In this document: one piece after another, positions 46,211 through 56,430 of the stretch
Numbering within the stretch: the stretch's first letter is position 1
How the letters are laid out: every line of letters begins with the position of its first letter
IMG/VR virus record: IMGVR_UViG_3300022745_000021
Coordinates: 32,001 to 96,000 of that record
Direction: 5' to 3' (one strand)
Length of the DNA: 64,000 nucleotides
Source of the DNA: a virus
Notes under the pieces: generated by a model
The model's database searches: none
Seen by the model: only the letters and a program-made list of their open reading frames with translations
What the model was told of the DNA's origin: nothing
Translations under genes and position numbers: made by a program

Positions 46211-47554
46211 TTAGGCGACCTGCGCTTCCTCGGCACCCTCGGGGCCGTGCTCCCCTTGGGTCAGGTTCTCGCCCGCCTGCCCGACGATCTCGCCGTCCGC
46301 CGCAGTGGCAGTGAGCGTGACGCCAAAGCGGACCGCGACGACTTCGAGCATCGTCTGGAGGTCAACCGCCGTGCCCTCGGTCATCAGCGACCAGTCGTCG
46401 CAGATGTACTTGAACGCGTCCGACAGGTCCTCGGTTCCGGCCAGCGACTTGGCGTGCTGGAGGGCACGCTCGGCCGACGCCGCCGCATCGCTCTGGAGGC
46501 GGAAGTTGAACTGCGAGACGGCAACCTTTTCGTTGCTCCCCGCCGTCTGGCGCCGGGCCACCTCGTAGGACGAACGGATGTGCGAGGTCAGTTCGTCGCG
46601 GGTGTGTTCCTTGGCGTAATCGACCAGCGCGTCGAAGTCCTCGGCCAGCTTGTCGGGGCTGACGTTGCCGACCCGGACGATCTGGATGGCCTTCGACCAG
46701 CCGATTTCGCGCAGGCGCTGTTCGTTGATGCCGGCGGCCTGCACCTGATCGAACACCGAGATCAGGTAGCGAGCCTTGCGGTAGTCGATCGCCAGTTCCG
46801 CCTTGGCATAGTCGGCGAACCCGCGCTTGCCGTCGTAGCCGAGCCGCTTGTAGACGCCGCTCTCCGCGACGTAGGCCAGCACGCCGCCGAGCGTGTAGTA
46901 GGTCTCGTCGATGCGGTTGGCGAGGCTCTTGGCCGCGATCAGCGCCGCGTCGGCCTCGGCCATTTCGTCCTCGCTGACCGATGCCAGCGCCGCCCGGACC
47001 ATCGCCGAACGCATGCTGCCGGTGTGCTCGATCACCGCGAGATCGGTGCCGGTCGTGCCCTCGGCCGTGTCGTCGGAAGTGCCCTCGGCCGGGACCTCGG
47101 TCGTGTTCGCGGCGGCAGGCTTGATGGCCTTGCCCGCGTCCTTGGTGCCAGCTTCCTTGGCCGCCTTGGCAGCCGCCGCCTTGGTGGCCTTCGCGCCCTT
47201 GGCCGCGCCCTTGCCCTTGGCCGGGGCCTTGGCTTCGGTTTCCTCGGTCACCAGCGGAAGCTCGTCGCCCGGCTGTTCATCGACGCCCTCGCGGCCCTCG
47301 ACAGCGGGGTCGATCTGGTTGGCTTCGTCGGGCTGGATCACCTCGACTTCCTCGGGGAACAGCGTGTCGGTCTCGGTGACGTCGGTACGGGCGTTGCCCG
47401 CTTCGTCGAGCATATCGATCACGAGGCCGCCGTCGGGGTTGATCGCGCGGATGCGCACGGTGTCGCCCGCCGTCAGCAGCGGATCATCGACCTGATCGGT
47501 GTAGCCCTTGAAGCGGACCACCTGCCCGACGTTCAGTTCCTTCAGTTCAGCCAT
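46211..47554 (-). CDS. Hypothetical protein with acidic and Lys/Ala-rich regions and a C-terminal helical domain, probably DNA-binding
   Basis: KAPAKGKGAAKGAK tract; G..GFADY...EL.IDYRKARYL; own promoter and terminator. Confidence 0.75.
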   Translation of the reverse strand: MAELKELNVGQVVRFKGYTDQVDDPLLTAGDTVRIRAINPDGGLVIDMLDEAGNARTDVTETDTLFPEEVEVIQPDEANQIDPAVEGREGVDEQPGDELPLVTEETEAKAPAKGKGAAKGAKATKAAAAKAAKEAGTKDAGKAIKPAAANTTEVPAEGTSDDTAEGTTGTDLAVIEHTGSMRSAMVRAALASVSEDEMAEADAALIAAKSLANRIDETYYTLGGVLAYVAESGVYKRLGYDGKRGFADYAKAELAIDYRKARYLISVFDQVQAAGINEQRLREIGWSKAIQIVRVGNVSPDKLAEDFDALVDYAKEHTRDELTSHIRSSYEVARRQTAGSNEKVAVSQFNFRLQSDAAASAERALQHAKSLAGTEDLSDAFKYICDDWSLMTEGTAVDLQTMLEVVAVRFGVTLTATAADGEIVGQAGENLTQGEHGPEGAEEAQVA

Positions 47555-47658
47555 GGTATTTGTCTCCTCTGTGATGTGCTGCCAACACGGTAGCGGGGTT
47601 TGGTCCGGTAGGGTTTCTCCCCGCCGATGCATCCCTTCTACAATGCGCGGGCTACAAG

Positions 47659-48342
47659 TCAAGCCATTTGCAACCCGGTTGCACTTTTTTCGGGCGGGTT
47701 TTCGGGCGGGTTCGGTCTGGCGCGCTCGCGCACCTTGGGCAGCGGCAGCGGCGCGACGTACTCGATCTTGGCGAGACCCGCCGCGTGATCCTTGGTCGGC
47801 GGGGTGATCTGCCCGGTGAGCATGCCGGCGACGACGGCAAGGCTGGCGCTGTCCGCCATGTCGTCCTGCGGGAGTTCAATGCCGAAGCGCTTGAACAGTT
47901 CGAGCGCGCCCGTGCCCTTCCCCTTCGACGCCCCGCTCCCGGTGATCGCCTTGAGCCAGCAGCCCTTGGCGGCAATCGCCATCGGCACGCCGATCTGGCC
48001 GAGCGTCAGCTTGATGATGCCGCCCAGTTCGCCGAGCGAGTGCGCATGACTGTTGGCCGAGCCGAACGAATACCCCTCGATCACGATCAGCTGCGCCTGA
48101 TAGCGCAGGACCTCGGTCACGATCTGGTCGCGCAGCCATGCCAGCCGCGCCAATCCGCGCAGCGATCCCGGCGCGAACCGCTTGGTCACCGCCTGCCCCG
48201 CGATGAAAATCGTCAGCGCCGTGGACGTCAGCGACAGGTCGAGACCCATCACGCAGGTCGCCACCGGCAACGCATGGTCCTGCAAGTGCGTCTGCACCTT
48301 GGGTTCGACCGGCTTGGGCGGGTGGCGCGGGGATGTCGGCAT
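47659..48342 (-). CDS. ruvC: RuvC-like Holliday junction resolvase
   Basis: MGLDLSLTST, VIEGYSF, LGELGG and DDMADS motifs. Confidence 0.85.
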   Translation of the reverse strand: MPTSPRHPPKPVEPKVQTHLQDHALPVATCVMGLDLSLTSTALTIFIAGQAVTKRFAPGSLRGLARLAWLRDQIVTEVLRYQAQLIVIEGYSFGSANSHAHSLGELGGIIKLTLGQIGVPMAIAAKGCWLKAITGSGASKGKGTGALELFKRFGIELPQDDMADSASLAVVAGMLTGQITPPTKDHAAGLAKIEYVAPLPLPKVRERARPNPPENPPEKSATGLQMA

Positions 48343-48386
48343 GGGAAATTCCTTTAGGTGTTCGGGGGGCCGGTGTTCGGCGGGGT

Positions 48387-49409
48387 TCAGGGGACTTGGA
48401 AGCACGGCACCAGCGCCGGGCATTTCTTGGCGCGGGGGCGGTCGATAGCCGAGCAGCTGGTGAGGCGCGGCGGGGGCGTGCCCTCGGCGATGGCGTCGCG
48501 CAGGCGCACGGCGCGCTCCAAGGATCGTTCCAGCACGCCAACCCACCGGGCGGTGGTGACGTCCACGTCGAACACCTTGTAGGGCGATCCCCAGCGGAAC
48601 TCCTTCTTGGCGTAGACGAGGAGCACCTTGTCGTGGACGAGCAGCCCGGCCTTTTGCGCGAGGTAGCGATAGAGCAGCGCTTGGTTGATGTGCTCGGTCA
48701 GCGGCTCGGTGAGGCCGTCCCACTGGTCCGCCGTCATGGACTTGATCTCGACCGGGAAGAACCAGCGCGCGATGAACAGGCCCAAGTCGGGGTTGCCCAC
48801 GATCTTGTTGTCGTGATCGAACCACGGCTGTTCGTGGTAGCGGTTGAGCGGCAGCTGGCACGTCGGGCACAGCTTGTCCTGCTTCGGCCGGGCGCCGATG
48901 TGCACGCTCGCCTCGCACGCGCACTTCCACTGCCCGTAGACCTTGAAGCCGGTTGCATCCCCGTCGGTGATGTTGTCGCGGATGTGTGCTTCGGCGGCGC
49001 GGCCATATTTCCACATCAGCCGGTGCCCGCCGGTGACCGCCTCGAAGTCGATGCGGCCCTGCACCGCGTTCAGCACATAGTGCCGCTCGCACACGTCCGA
49101 GCAGAGCGTGCTGACGTGGGCATAGCCGGGCCGCCCGACGCGGCTGGCCTCGACGCGGCGATCCTTGTTGTCGAGCAGCGTCTTCAAGCGGTCGCCGGTG
49201 AGATCGGGCATCGCCGGACGGATCGCGCCGGTATAGACCGCCGGGGCCATCGGATCGTCGTCGGTGTTGCCCCCCTGCCCGGTGCGCCCGGCCATGATGC
49301 GGATGCCGCCGGTGGGGGCGATTGCAACTGGTTGCACCTCGCCGGTGCCCTGCCCCGCCGCGACGCCGGCCAGCTTGCGCGCGGCGATCCGCGCCAACAG
49401 CCCGGTCAC
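48387..49409 (-). CDS. Cas4-like PD-(D/E)XK exonuclease
   Basis: HVSTL...C.R, G.PDL, VEIKSM, QALLY and a C-terminal Cys cluster. Confidence 0.8.
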   Translation of the reverse strand: MTGLLARIAARKLAGVAAGQGTGEVQPVAIAPTGGIRIMAGRTGQGGNTDDDPMAPAVYTGAIRPAMPDLTGDRLKTLLDNKDRRVEASRVGRPGYAHVSTLCSDVCERHYVLNAVQGRIDFEAVTGGHRLMWKYGRAAEAHIRDNITDGDATGFKVYGQWKCACEASVHIGARPKQDKLCPTCQLPLNRYHEQPWFDHDNKIVGNPDLGLFIARWFFPVEIKSMTADQWDGLTEPLTEHINQALLYRYLAQKAGLLVHDKVLLVYAKKEFRWGSPYKVFDVDVTTARWVGVLERSLERAVRLRDAIAEGTPPPRLTSCSAIDRPRAKKCPALVPCFQVP

Positions 49410-49819
49410 ACGTCCTCCCGGTACTGCGCCAGCGCGGCGATGATGTCCGCGCCCGCCCAGCCGGGGAACACCAGACAGGTCTTGGGGTCGTGGCTCTGGT
49501 CGTCCACGACGATCTCCATGTAGGGGATTTCGGTGCTGCCCGCCGTGACGCTGGCCTCGACCTTCTCGATCATGTCGCGGGTGAGTGAATAGCTCCGGTT
49601 CTTGGTGGTCTTGCACTCCAGCCGGAACAACCCGACGCCGCGCACATCGCCCTTCTCGCGCCCTGCCCCCGATCCGCGCACCGCCCTGACCTTGCTGGCG
49701 GGCGTTGCTGCCCGGCCCAGCGCCTTGACCGCGCGCGCCTCGTGGGCGCGGCCCTTGCGCTGGTTGTCGTTGGTGGTGTTACCCCCCAGACGCTTCGGGT
49801 TGCGGATCACGGGCGGCAT
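49406..49819 (-). CDS. Hjc-like PD-(D/E)XK nuclease/resolvase
   Basis: G..HE.R...GSGA...KGDV...LECKTT. Confidence 0.75.
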   Translation of the reverse strand: MPPVIRNPKRLGGNTTNDNQRKGRAHEARAVKALGRAATPASKVRAVRGSGAGREKGDVRGVGLFRLECKTTKNRSYSLTRDMIEKVEASVTAGSTEIPYMEIVVDDQSHDPKTCLVFPGWAGADIIAALAQYREDV

Positions 49820-49823
49820 GGGT

Positions 49824-50024
49824 TCAGCGTACTTCCGTGACCGTGACGACAGCGGACGTGCGCACGTAGGACACGTCGTCAGGTCCGCTATCCGAGATCG
49901 AGACGACGTGCGCGTCCGCGTCGTAGATTGTGCCCATGGATTGCCCCCCGTCGATGCGCGACAGGACCACCCGCTTGCCAATCAGTCCGTGCAACCACGT
50001 TGCAAACGCTGCGTCTCGGCCCAT
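49824..50024 (-). CDS. Small hypothetical protein (Sm-like beta pattern possible)
   Basis: GGAGG RBS; LIGKRVVL...G....GTI...D...V.I...SYVRTSAV. Confidence 0.5.
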   Translation of the reverse strand: MGRDAAFATWLHGLIGKRVVLSRIDGGQSMGTIYDADAHVVSISDSGPDDVSYVRTSAVVTVTEVR

Positions 50025-50027
50025 CAG

Positions 50028-51332
50028 TTACAACCTCCAGTTCTTGGTATCCATGCCCATGATCCCCCGGGCGTGGCAGATCACTTGGTGCTTGAGCGCG
50101 TCATAATAGTCGAGATCGCTATACAAGTAGGCGACCATTTCTGCAAGCGATTTGAACTTCTCGTCGAGGTTCCACAGGCGGTACGGCGGCTTGCGGCCAT
50201 CGTCGCCCGAGCCGGTGCACAGGCCGCGTTTCTTCGCCTCGCCCAGCACCGCCTCGGCCTCGTCGTAGGCGCGCTCGCCCAGCGGGTGGAACGGGTTGCG
50301 GATGAACGTGGTCTCGGCTTCCTTGAGGCCGTTGCCCAGCTTGTTCTTCATGCGCTTGAAGGTCATCAGGTTGTGGCTGGCCCCGCCGATGTCGAGACCG
50401 GTCGGCGAGTGGCTGTTCTTGCCGGTGACCACCTCCTCCTTGGCGAGGATGTCGTAGTGGTAGCTGGCGAGGTACGGCGTTGCCTTGCCGCCGGGCAGGA
50501 CGCGCGGATCGCCGTACTGCACCATGCCCATGCGCCACTGGTTGACCAGTAGCACGGTGACCCAGTGATCGCGTTTGCGCTCGTCGAGGATCGCTTGCTG
50601 GAGCTTGCGGCAGAAGCGGCTGACCAGCTGCGCGTACTTGCCCATGACGCTGTCCTCGGTCGATGCTTCGATCTCTTTGAGCGGGATCAGGCCGGCGATG
50701 CTGTCCACCATGACGATCGAGGTTTCACGGGCGCGCACGACGCTGTCCACGAGGTCGCAGGCGTCCTCGCCGGTGGTCGGCTGGATCAGCAGCAGGTTCT
50801 CGTTGTCCATGCCGCCCTTCGCCCCCCAGATCGGGTCGTAGGTGCCTTCGATGTCCACCTTGGAGGCGACCATGTCAGGGAGCGCCTTCTGGAAGTTGGC
50901 GGTGATCGCATCGCCCGTCGCCGACTTGCCGCAGTGCTGCCAGCCGGTGAGCATGGTGACGAGACCCATCGGCACCCCGCCGAGCATGGCAAGGTCGAGC
51001 ATGAAGCTGCCGGTGGTGCAGTGCCGGAAGGTCGGCCGGGCCGATGCGCGCATGATCGTGTGCGTGCCGAACCGCTTCTGGCTGGCCTTGAGCAGCTGCG
51101 CGATCTCGCTGTCCTTGTCGTCGAGCGGCGATGGCGGCGCGTCGGCGGCAAGGTCGAGGTCCAGCCCGGTCAGGTCACCGTCGAGGGTATCGGCCAGATC
51201 GTCCCCCGTGGGGCCTACACGTGTTCCTTCTGCAACGGGTTGCACTTTCGCGGCGGGTGCAGGACGGGCACGCTGGCGGACGCGGGTGGCAGGGAGCGCG
51301 GTGGCGGGCGTGGTCTCGGTGGTGTCGGCCAT
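50028..51332 (-). CDS. recA: RecA/UvsX recombinase
   Basis: TGS..LD.AM.GG.P.G, G...CGKS, VDSIAGL, NQWR, PGG.A and KNK motifs. Confidence 0.92.
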   Translation of the reverse strand: MADTTETTPATALPATRVRQRARPAPAAKVQPVAEGTRVGPTGDDLADTLDGDLTGLDLDLAADAPPSPLDDKDSEIAQLLKASQKRFGTHTIMRASARPTFRHCTTGSFMLDLAMLGGVPMGLVTMLTGWQHCGKSATGDAITANFQKALPDMVASKVDIEGTYDPIWGAKGGMDNENLLLIQPTTGEDACDLVDSVVRARETSIVMVDSIAGLIPLKEIEASTEDSVMGKYAQLVSRFCRKLQQAILDERKRDHWVTVLLVNQWRMGMVQYGDPRVLPGGKATPYLASYHYDILAKEEVVTGKNSHSPTGLDIGGASHNLMTFKRMKNKLGNGLKEAETTFIRNPFHPLGERAYDEAEAVLGEAKKRGLCTGSGDDGRKPPYRLWNLDEKFKSLAEMVAYLYSDLDYYDALKHQVICHARGIMGMDTKNWRL

Positions 51333-51371
51333 GGGGCAGTGCTTTCGTCAGGGGGAAGTGACCTAGATAGG

Positions 51372-51758
51372 TCAGGCAGGCGGCGCTTGCCAGTTGGGGG
51401 TGGTGTTGCGGGCGACCTCGCGTTCGAGCCAACGCTCGACGGTGTCGCTCATCATCGCGTAGACGCGGGCGATCTCGGTTTCCTCGGGCAGGCACGGCAG
51501 GGTAAGCTCGACGTCCACGCGCACCGAGTTGAAGTCGCCCATGTTGATGGTCTCGCCCGCCGCGAGCTTGAGCCGGGCGGGATCGGTCGGAAACGCGGGC
51601 ACAAGGATGGTCTCGTTCACCACGGTCTCGCTCTCCGAGCCGTAGCGGGTCCGCTTCACCCGCAGGTAACCTTCGACGTGGCCGGCATCGGCGCTGGCGT
51701 CGAGGCTGCGCACGCGCTGGCGAATGCGCGGGGTCGGGGTGGCGGCGGTCTGGGTCAT
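51372..51758 (-). CDS. Hypothetical protein
   Basis: GETINMGDFNSVRVDV.LTLPC motif; GAGGAGACC RBS. Confidence 0.75.
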   Translation of the reverse strand: MTQTAATPTPRIRQRVRSLDASADAGHVEGYLRVKRTRYGSESETVVNETILVPAFPTDPARLKLAAGETINMGDFNSVRVDVELTLPCLPEETEIARVYAMMSDTVERWLEREVARNTTPNWQAPPA

Positions 51759-52228
51759 GGGGTCTCCTCTGTCATGGCCGCGAACAGCCGGTGGCGGGTT
51801 TCGGTGTGGTCGGCCCGGTAGGTCGAGGCCACGGTGTCGATGTGGTCGGCGAACACGCCGAGCAGGCGGTGCACCTGCGCCGGGGTGTACGTGTACGGCG
51901 CATGCGGATCGTCGCGCGCGGGCGCGGGCCACATGCCCTTGCCGATCACGTGGGCGACGTAGCCGCGTGCCCGGCCGAGCATCAGCGACAGGTCCTCGAC
52001 CGAGTAGAACGCGTGAGCGTCCAAGGTCTGGTCGAGCGAGGCGCGGGCGTGGTTGACCACACTGACGCCGGTGCGTTCCCGGTAGAGCGCGCGCTGGCGC
52101 TGCTTTTCGGCGAGCGCAACCGACGGGTCCTTGTAGCGTTCCTTGCGGCGCTCACGGTGCTTTTCGAGAACCTTGGGGTCCTTCCAGTAGTCCTTGCGCG
52201 CCAATGCAGCAGCCCTCATGACGATCAA
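51755..52228 (-). CDS. Putative DNA-binding protein
   Basis: Basic N-terminus; YSVEDLS.MLGR...G.WPAP (MerR-like HTH pattern). Confidence 0.6.
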   Translation of the reverse strand: MIVMRAAALARKDYWKDPKVLEKHRERRKERYKDPSVALAEKQRQRALYRERTGVSVVNHARASLDQTLDAHAFYSVEDLSLMLGRARGYVAHVIGKGMWPAPARDDPHAPYTYTPAQVHRLLGVFADHIDTVASTYRADHTETRHRLFAAMTEETP

Positions 52229-53850
52229 CCCTCCATCGCCATAATCGTGGCCCCGCTCTCGCGATAGTCCTTGCAGCGGCGTGCAAACAATTTCCGCGAC
52301 ATATTACAGCTATCGTCGAACGGCGTGCGCCAGTAGGGGTCCGGTTTTTCCGGTAATGGGCGGCGGATACGCCCAATCAACTGGGTAGCTTTACCTCGCG
52401 GCAGCAAGTCCATGCCGGCGTCCCAGCGCGGCTCGTCGATGCCCTCGACGATCATACCGTAGGTTGCGAACACGAGTTGGCAGCGTGTCTTGGCGTGGGT
52501 CAAGTCCTCGTCGGAAATGTCCGTCTTCTTTACTTGGGTAACCACCCGCCCCCGGTCGTCGCGCAGCGGCCCCATCACCGGGCGCGGCTTGCCGTCAACC
52601 CACGCGACGCGACTGGCGAGGATATGCGCGGTCCACGAGACGATCTCGCCGGTCGCCTCGTCGATGTCGCGCTCGATGTACTCGGCTACCACGAACGTCT
52701 GGGGCACGACGGGGCAGTACCTGCCGCCATGGCGCTGCCCGGTGAACTGGCCCATCGCTTCCTTGGGTATGCCCAGCTGGTGGCAGGCTTCCATCACCGC
52801 CTGCACGTGTTCGACGTACTCGGAAACGTAGAGGCCGTTACGCCCGGCGCGGTAGTCCTGCCGGATCATGTCGGCCAGCCAGCGGTTGCGGCGCTTGTCC
52901 TCGGCCATCGCCTTGAGCTTGGCGGTGGACGACTTGGCGCGATTGGGGGTGCGCGCGGCATAGCGCACCGGGCGGATGGCGACGTCGAGCGCGGCGGCGT
53001 TGGAGCGCACCGCGATCCGGCCCAGATGGCAGAAGAAGATGGTCTCGCCGTTGTCGGTGCGCTCGACGGTCGCCGACAGACCCAGCCAGTGGTACGACGG
53101 AAACCGGAACGCGACCGGCGCGAAGAACTCGGTGCCGATCTTGTGCACCTCGTCGTAGATGACGTGGCCGAAGTGCCGGTAGAACGCGCGCGGGTACTCG
53201 CGCTGCGCCACCGAGTGCAGCATACCGACGACGAAGTCCTTGCCCTCGTACTCGCAGCGATCGGACTGGACCACGCCGATGCGCGACGGGTCCACGCCGA
53301 GCTTGTCGCCGATCTCGTCGTACCACTGGAGCATCAGCCGTTCAAGGTGGAGCAGGATCAGGGTCGGGCGGCGGATGACCTCACCCGCTTCGCGCAGGCT
53401 CACCACGGTCTTTCCGGACCCTGTTGCTGCCTTGGCGATGCCGCCGCGCTGCGTGGCGTGCAGGCGGCACAGGCCGTCGAAAAACTCGCGCTGCGCAGCG
53501 GGATCGAGCACGCGCGGATGGTTGAAGTCGGGGAGGCGCGGCACGGTGATCTCGTGCGCGCCGTGGGTGGTCTTGTCGAGCAGGTCGAGGCCCCTGCCCC
53601 GGAACGCCGTCAGCCCCCAAGCGCGCGGCACGCCGAGATATTCCCGCGCGGACCAGTCATGGTAGAGCGCGATTTCCTTCGGCTGCCCGGGATCGGAGAA
53701 CCGGGGCTTGAAGGTCAGGCGAGCCTTGAGTTGGTCGCGGTGGTGCCGCGCACCGATGACCTCGTAGGGCACATAAAGCCACCCCGATAGGATCACCGGA
53801 CGCGCGGAACCATTTACCGCTACGGGAGTTGCAACGTGTTGCACGGTCAA
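52225..53850 (-). CDS. Superfamily 2 DNA helicase (UvsW-like)
   Basis: ATGSGKT, DEVH, LSAT, EGIDEP and QLIGRIRR motifs. Confidence 0.9.
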   Translation of the reverse strand: MTVQHVATPVAVNGSARPVILSGWLYVPYEVIGARHHRDQLKARLTFKPRFSDPGQPKEIALYHDWSAREYLGVPRAWGLTAFRGRGLDLLDKTTHGAHEITVPRLPDFNHPRVLDPAAQREFFDGLCRLHATQRGGIAKAATGSGKTVVSLREAGEVIRRPTLILLHLERLMLQWYDEIGDKLGVDPSRIGVVQSDRCEYEGKDFVVGMLHSVAQREYPRAFYRHFGHVIYDEVHKIGTEFFAPVAFRFPSYHWLGLSATVERTDNGETIFFCHLGRIAVRSNAAALDVAIRPVRYAARTPNRAKSSTAKLKAMAEDKRRNRWLADMIRQDYRAGRNGLYVSEYVEHVQAVMEACHQLGIPKEAMGQFTGQRHGGRYCPVVPQTFVVAEYIERDIDEATGEIVSWTAHILASRVAWVDGKPRPVMGPLRDDRGRVVTQVKKTDISDEDLTHAKTRCQLVFATYGMIVEGIDEPRWDAGMDLLPRGKATQLIGRIRRPLPEKPDPYWRTPFDDSCNMSRKLFARRCKDYRESGATIMAMEG

Positions 53851-53877
53851 GCTACTAGCCTAAGCCATTGACTTTCC

Positions 53878-54924
53878 TCAAAATGGAATATCGTCGTCAA
53901 GGTCGTCGGCGAAACCGTTGCCGGTGGAGCCACCCTCGCCGCCCGTGCCGCCTTCACCCGCGCCGGACGCGCCGGACGCTGCGCTGCGGATGGTGCTGCC
54001 GCCGAAGCCGCCCGTGCCGGTGCCCGAGTTGCCGTCGTCGAACTGGTTGCGGGAATAACCGGACGAGCCGGGCAGGCCCGAACCGCCGCCAGCCGCGCCG
54101 AGATTGAAGCGCAGGCGGATCGCCTCGGCCGACGGCTTGGGGAAGGCGCGGGCGTAGTCGATCGGGTAGCAGTCCTCGTTCTCGACCTTGACCAGCTTGT
54201 TGTCCTTCTCGGTGTAGATCGCCGGGTGCGAGAACGTCTCCATGATGTCCTTTTCCGAGCAGCGCTCGACGAACACCGGCAGGCCAGTGCGCAGGCTCTG
54301 GTCGCCATTACCGCGCTTGAACACGACGTGGACACCGCGCAGCGGCGCATCGACGTGACCCGCCTTGACCTGCTGTGCGCGGATCGTGCTCATCATTTCC
54401 ATGGCATCGCCCTTCAAGGAGACGAGGCGGCGCTGGTAGGCGTGCTGGGTGCCGTTCTTGTCGGTCCACGGACGCAGCACGTCGATGGTCAGGTAGGTGT
54501 TGTAGGACGGCGACAGGCCGACCTCCTGTTCGAGCGGATCGACCTCCCACTGGCGCGGGCTGGTGACGTACTGTTCGATCGGCCTGCCATTCTTCGGGTT
54601 CACCCGCTTGAAGCGGTCGTTGAACGTCAGGTCGTGCTCATACAGGCCCGGACCGAAGTCGTTGTCGAGGATGATCGCATCGACCTCGTCGCCCTTGGGC
54701 AGGAACAGGCGGTAGGGCACGCCGTACTCGGCCTGACGCTCCTCGCGGCGCTGCGCGACGTATTCCTGATGCTTCTGGTGACCTTCGATGGCGGCGGCGC
54801 CGGTGGTCATCCAGTCGGCGGTTGCGCCGGGGTTCTGCTGCGCGGGGCTGGCATTGCCGGCGTTCGGGTTCGGGTTACGCGACCGGGCGCGTACCGACGG
54901 CTGGGTCGTGGAGGTGATTGCCAT
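53878..54924 (-). CDS. ssb: Single-stranded DNA-binding protein
   Basis: Gly-rich linker and acidic tail DDLDDDIPF; replication context. Confidence 0.75.
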   Translation of the reverse strand: MAITSTTQPSVRARSRNPNPNAGNASPAQQNPGATADWMTTGAAAIEGHQKHQEYVAQRREERQAEYGVPYRLFLPKGDEVDAIILDNDFGPGLYEHDLTFNDRFKRVNPKNGRPIEQYVTSPRQWEVDPLEQEVGLSPSYNTYLTIDVLRPWTDKNGTQHAYQRRLVSLKGDAMEMMSTIRAQQVKAGHVDAPLRGVHVVFKRGNGDQSLRTGLPVFVERCSEKDIMETFSHPAIYTEKDNKLVKVENEDCYPIDYARAFPKPSAEAIRLRFNLGAAGGGSGLPGSSGYSRNQFDDGNSGTGTGGFGGSTIRSAASGASGAGEGGTGGEGGSTGNGFADDLDDDIPF

Positions 54925-54929
54925 GAGGA

Positions 54930-55334
54930 TTACTCCTTGTCTCTAGGGCCATTTCGGCGTTCTTCGATTAGCCTTTCGGCTTCCAATTCCGGCACGTGCC
55001 GGTTGTGTCCGTCGAGGCCGCCGGGGCGGCTACCCAGACACTCACCTACACGTTGTAGGATACGTGCTAACTGTGGAGCAACAGTAAGCGCAAACCCGGC
55101 AGTAATCAAGCTAAAAGGGCTGATTTTGCTACCTACATTCCAAAAAAATGCGCCCTTGCCCTCCCATGCGACAAGGATTTTACCCGCGCCCTCGGGGCCT
55201 TGATCCATATCGAGCACCCGGCTCGACACGAACGCCAGCGGCGTTCCCCCCGCGTCGGGGATCACGGCAGAGCCGGTGCGTTGCAGCCGGTTGCAAAGTT
55301 CCTCGATCATCATGTCGTCGTCGGGGATGTCCAC
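54930..55334 (-). CDS. Hypothetical protein with an AT-rich 3' half
   Basis: GAGGAG RBS; abuts primase. Confidence 0.55.
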   Translation of the reverse strand: MDIPDDDMMIEELCNRLQRTGSAVIPDAGGTPLAFVSSRVLDMDQGPEGAGKILVAWEGKGAFFWNVGSKISPFSLITAGFALTVAPQLARILQRVGECLGSRPGGLDGHNRHVPELEAERLIEERRNGPRDKE

Positions 55335-56417
55335 TCACATTGCTCCTCGTCCAGCCAACTGCAACCGCTTGGCCTGCCTGCGGTCCGGTCGCCACATCCG
55401 GGTTTCAGCGATCATCGTCAGGACCATGTCCCGCGTGAGATTATCCACGTCGGGCTGGACGCCCTCGGGGAAGTCGGGGAAGTCGGGAACCAGCAGCGGA
55501 ACGTGGCCGTAGAGCTTGCCGATGGCACTCTCCTCGATCTTGCGCTCCTCGGCCTCGGGGTCGAACACCCCGAACGTCGCGCCGTCGCCGGCCTCGTCGG
55601 GGTCGAACAGCAGGACGGTGGTGTCCCCGGCCAGCCGCACGATCGCCGCCTTCTCGTCGGTCATCGCCGAGCCAAGGATGGCGCCGACGTCGTGGGTCTC
55701 CTCCATGCCGATCTCGTGCATGCGGGCATAGGCGATCAACCCCTCGACGAGCAGCTTGGGCACGCCCGGCCGCCAGCGCTCCGCGCCCAGCACCAGATGC
55801 CGCTTGGGCAGCCCGCCATAGTCGAGCACCTTGGGTTCGTGGCCCGGGATCACCGTGCGCCCGGAAAACCCGTAGAGCAGACCATCGGTGTGCCGGACCG
55901 GGAACACGACGCGCCGCTTCTCGGGGTCGAACACCAGTCCGAGCTTATCGCAGGTCGCCCGCGACACCCCGCGCTGGACCATGAACCGGGCGGCCTCGCG
56001 GTGCGCCTCGATCTTGTCGAACAGCCCGTGCCACATGTCCTCGTCGAGCGGTTCGATCTCGTCCTCGGGCAGGTAGACCGGATCGTCGAAGGCGCGGTAG
56101 ACGCGGCTGCCGCGCTCGTTGTCCTCGGCCTCGGTGAACAGGTCCGAGTAATCGCGCTGCCGGAACTTCTGGAGCAGGCGGATCAGCTTGCCCACCGACC
56201 CCTTCTGGTGGCAGGCCCAGCACTGGAAAATGCTGGTGCCGGTGTCGTTGACGACGATGCCGAACGACGAGCGCCGGTCGGTGCCGCGCTCGTGGGTCCA
56301 CGGGGCCAGCGGGCAGGAAGCATTCAGCCACGTGGCATGCTTGATCCGGTCCCGGCGGGTTTCGATGCCGCCGATGCCGAGCTTTGCCATGACCTGCCGA
56401 AGGGCTTCCTCCCGCAT
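55335..56417 (-). CDS. dnaG: DNA primase (zinc finger plus TOPRIM)
   Basis: CPLAPWTH...CWAC; R.VFP...FSGR; LVEG; FDPDEAG. Confidence 0.9.
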   Translation of the reverse strand: MREEALRQVMAKLGIGGIETRRDRIKHATWLNASCPLAPWTHERGTDRRSSFGIVVNDTGTSIFQCWACHQKGSVGKLIRLLQKFRQRDYSDLFTEAEDNERGSRVYRAFDDPVYLPEDEIEPLDEDMWHGLFDKIEAHREAARFMVQRGVSRATCDKLGLVFDPEKRRVVFPVRHTDGLLYGFSGRTVIPGHEPKVLDYGGLPKRHLVLGAERWRPGVPKLLVEGLIAYARMHEIGMEETHDVGAILGSAMTDEKAAIVRLAGDTTVLLFDPDEAGDGATFGVFDPEAEERKIEESAIGKLYGHVPLLVPDFPDFPEGVQPDVDNLTRDMVLTMIAETRMWRPDRRQAKRLQLAGRGAM

Positions 56418-56430
56418 TGCCGATCACCCC

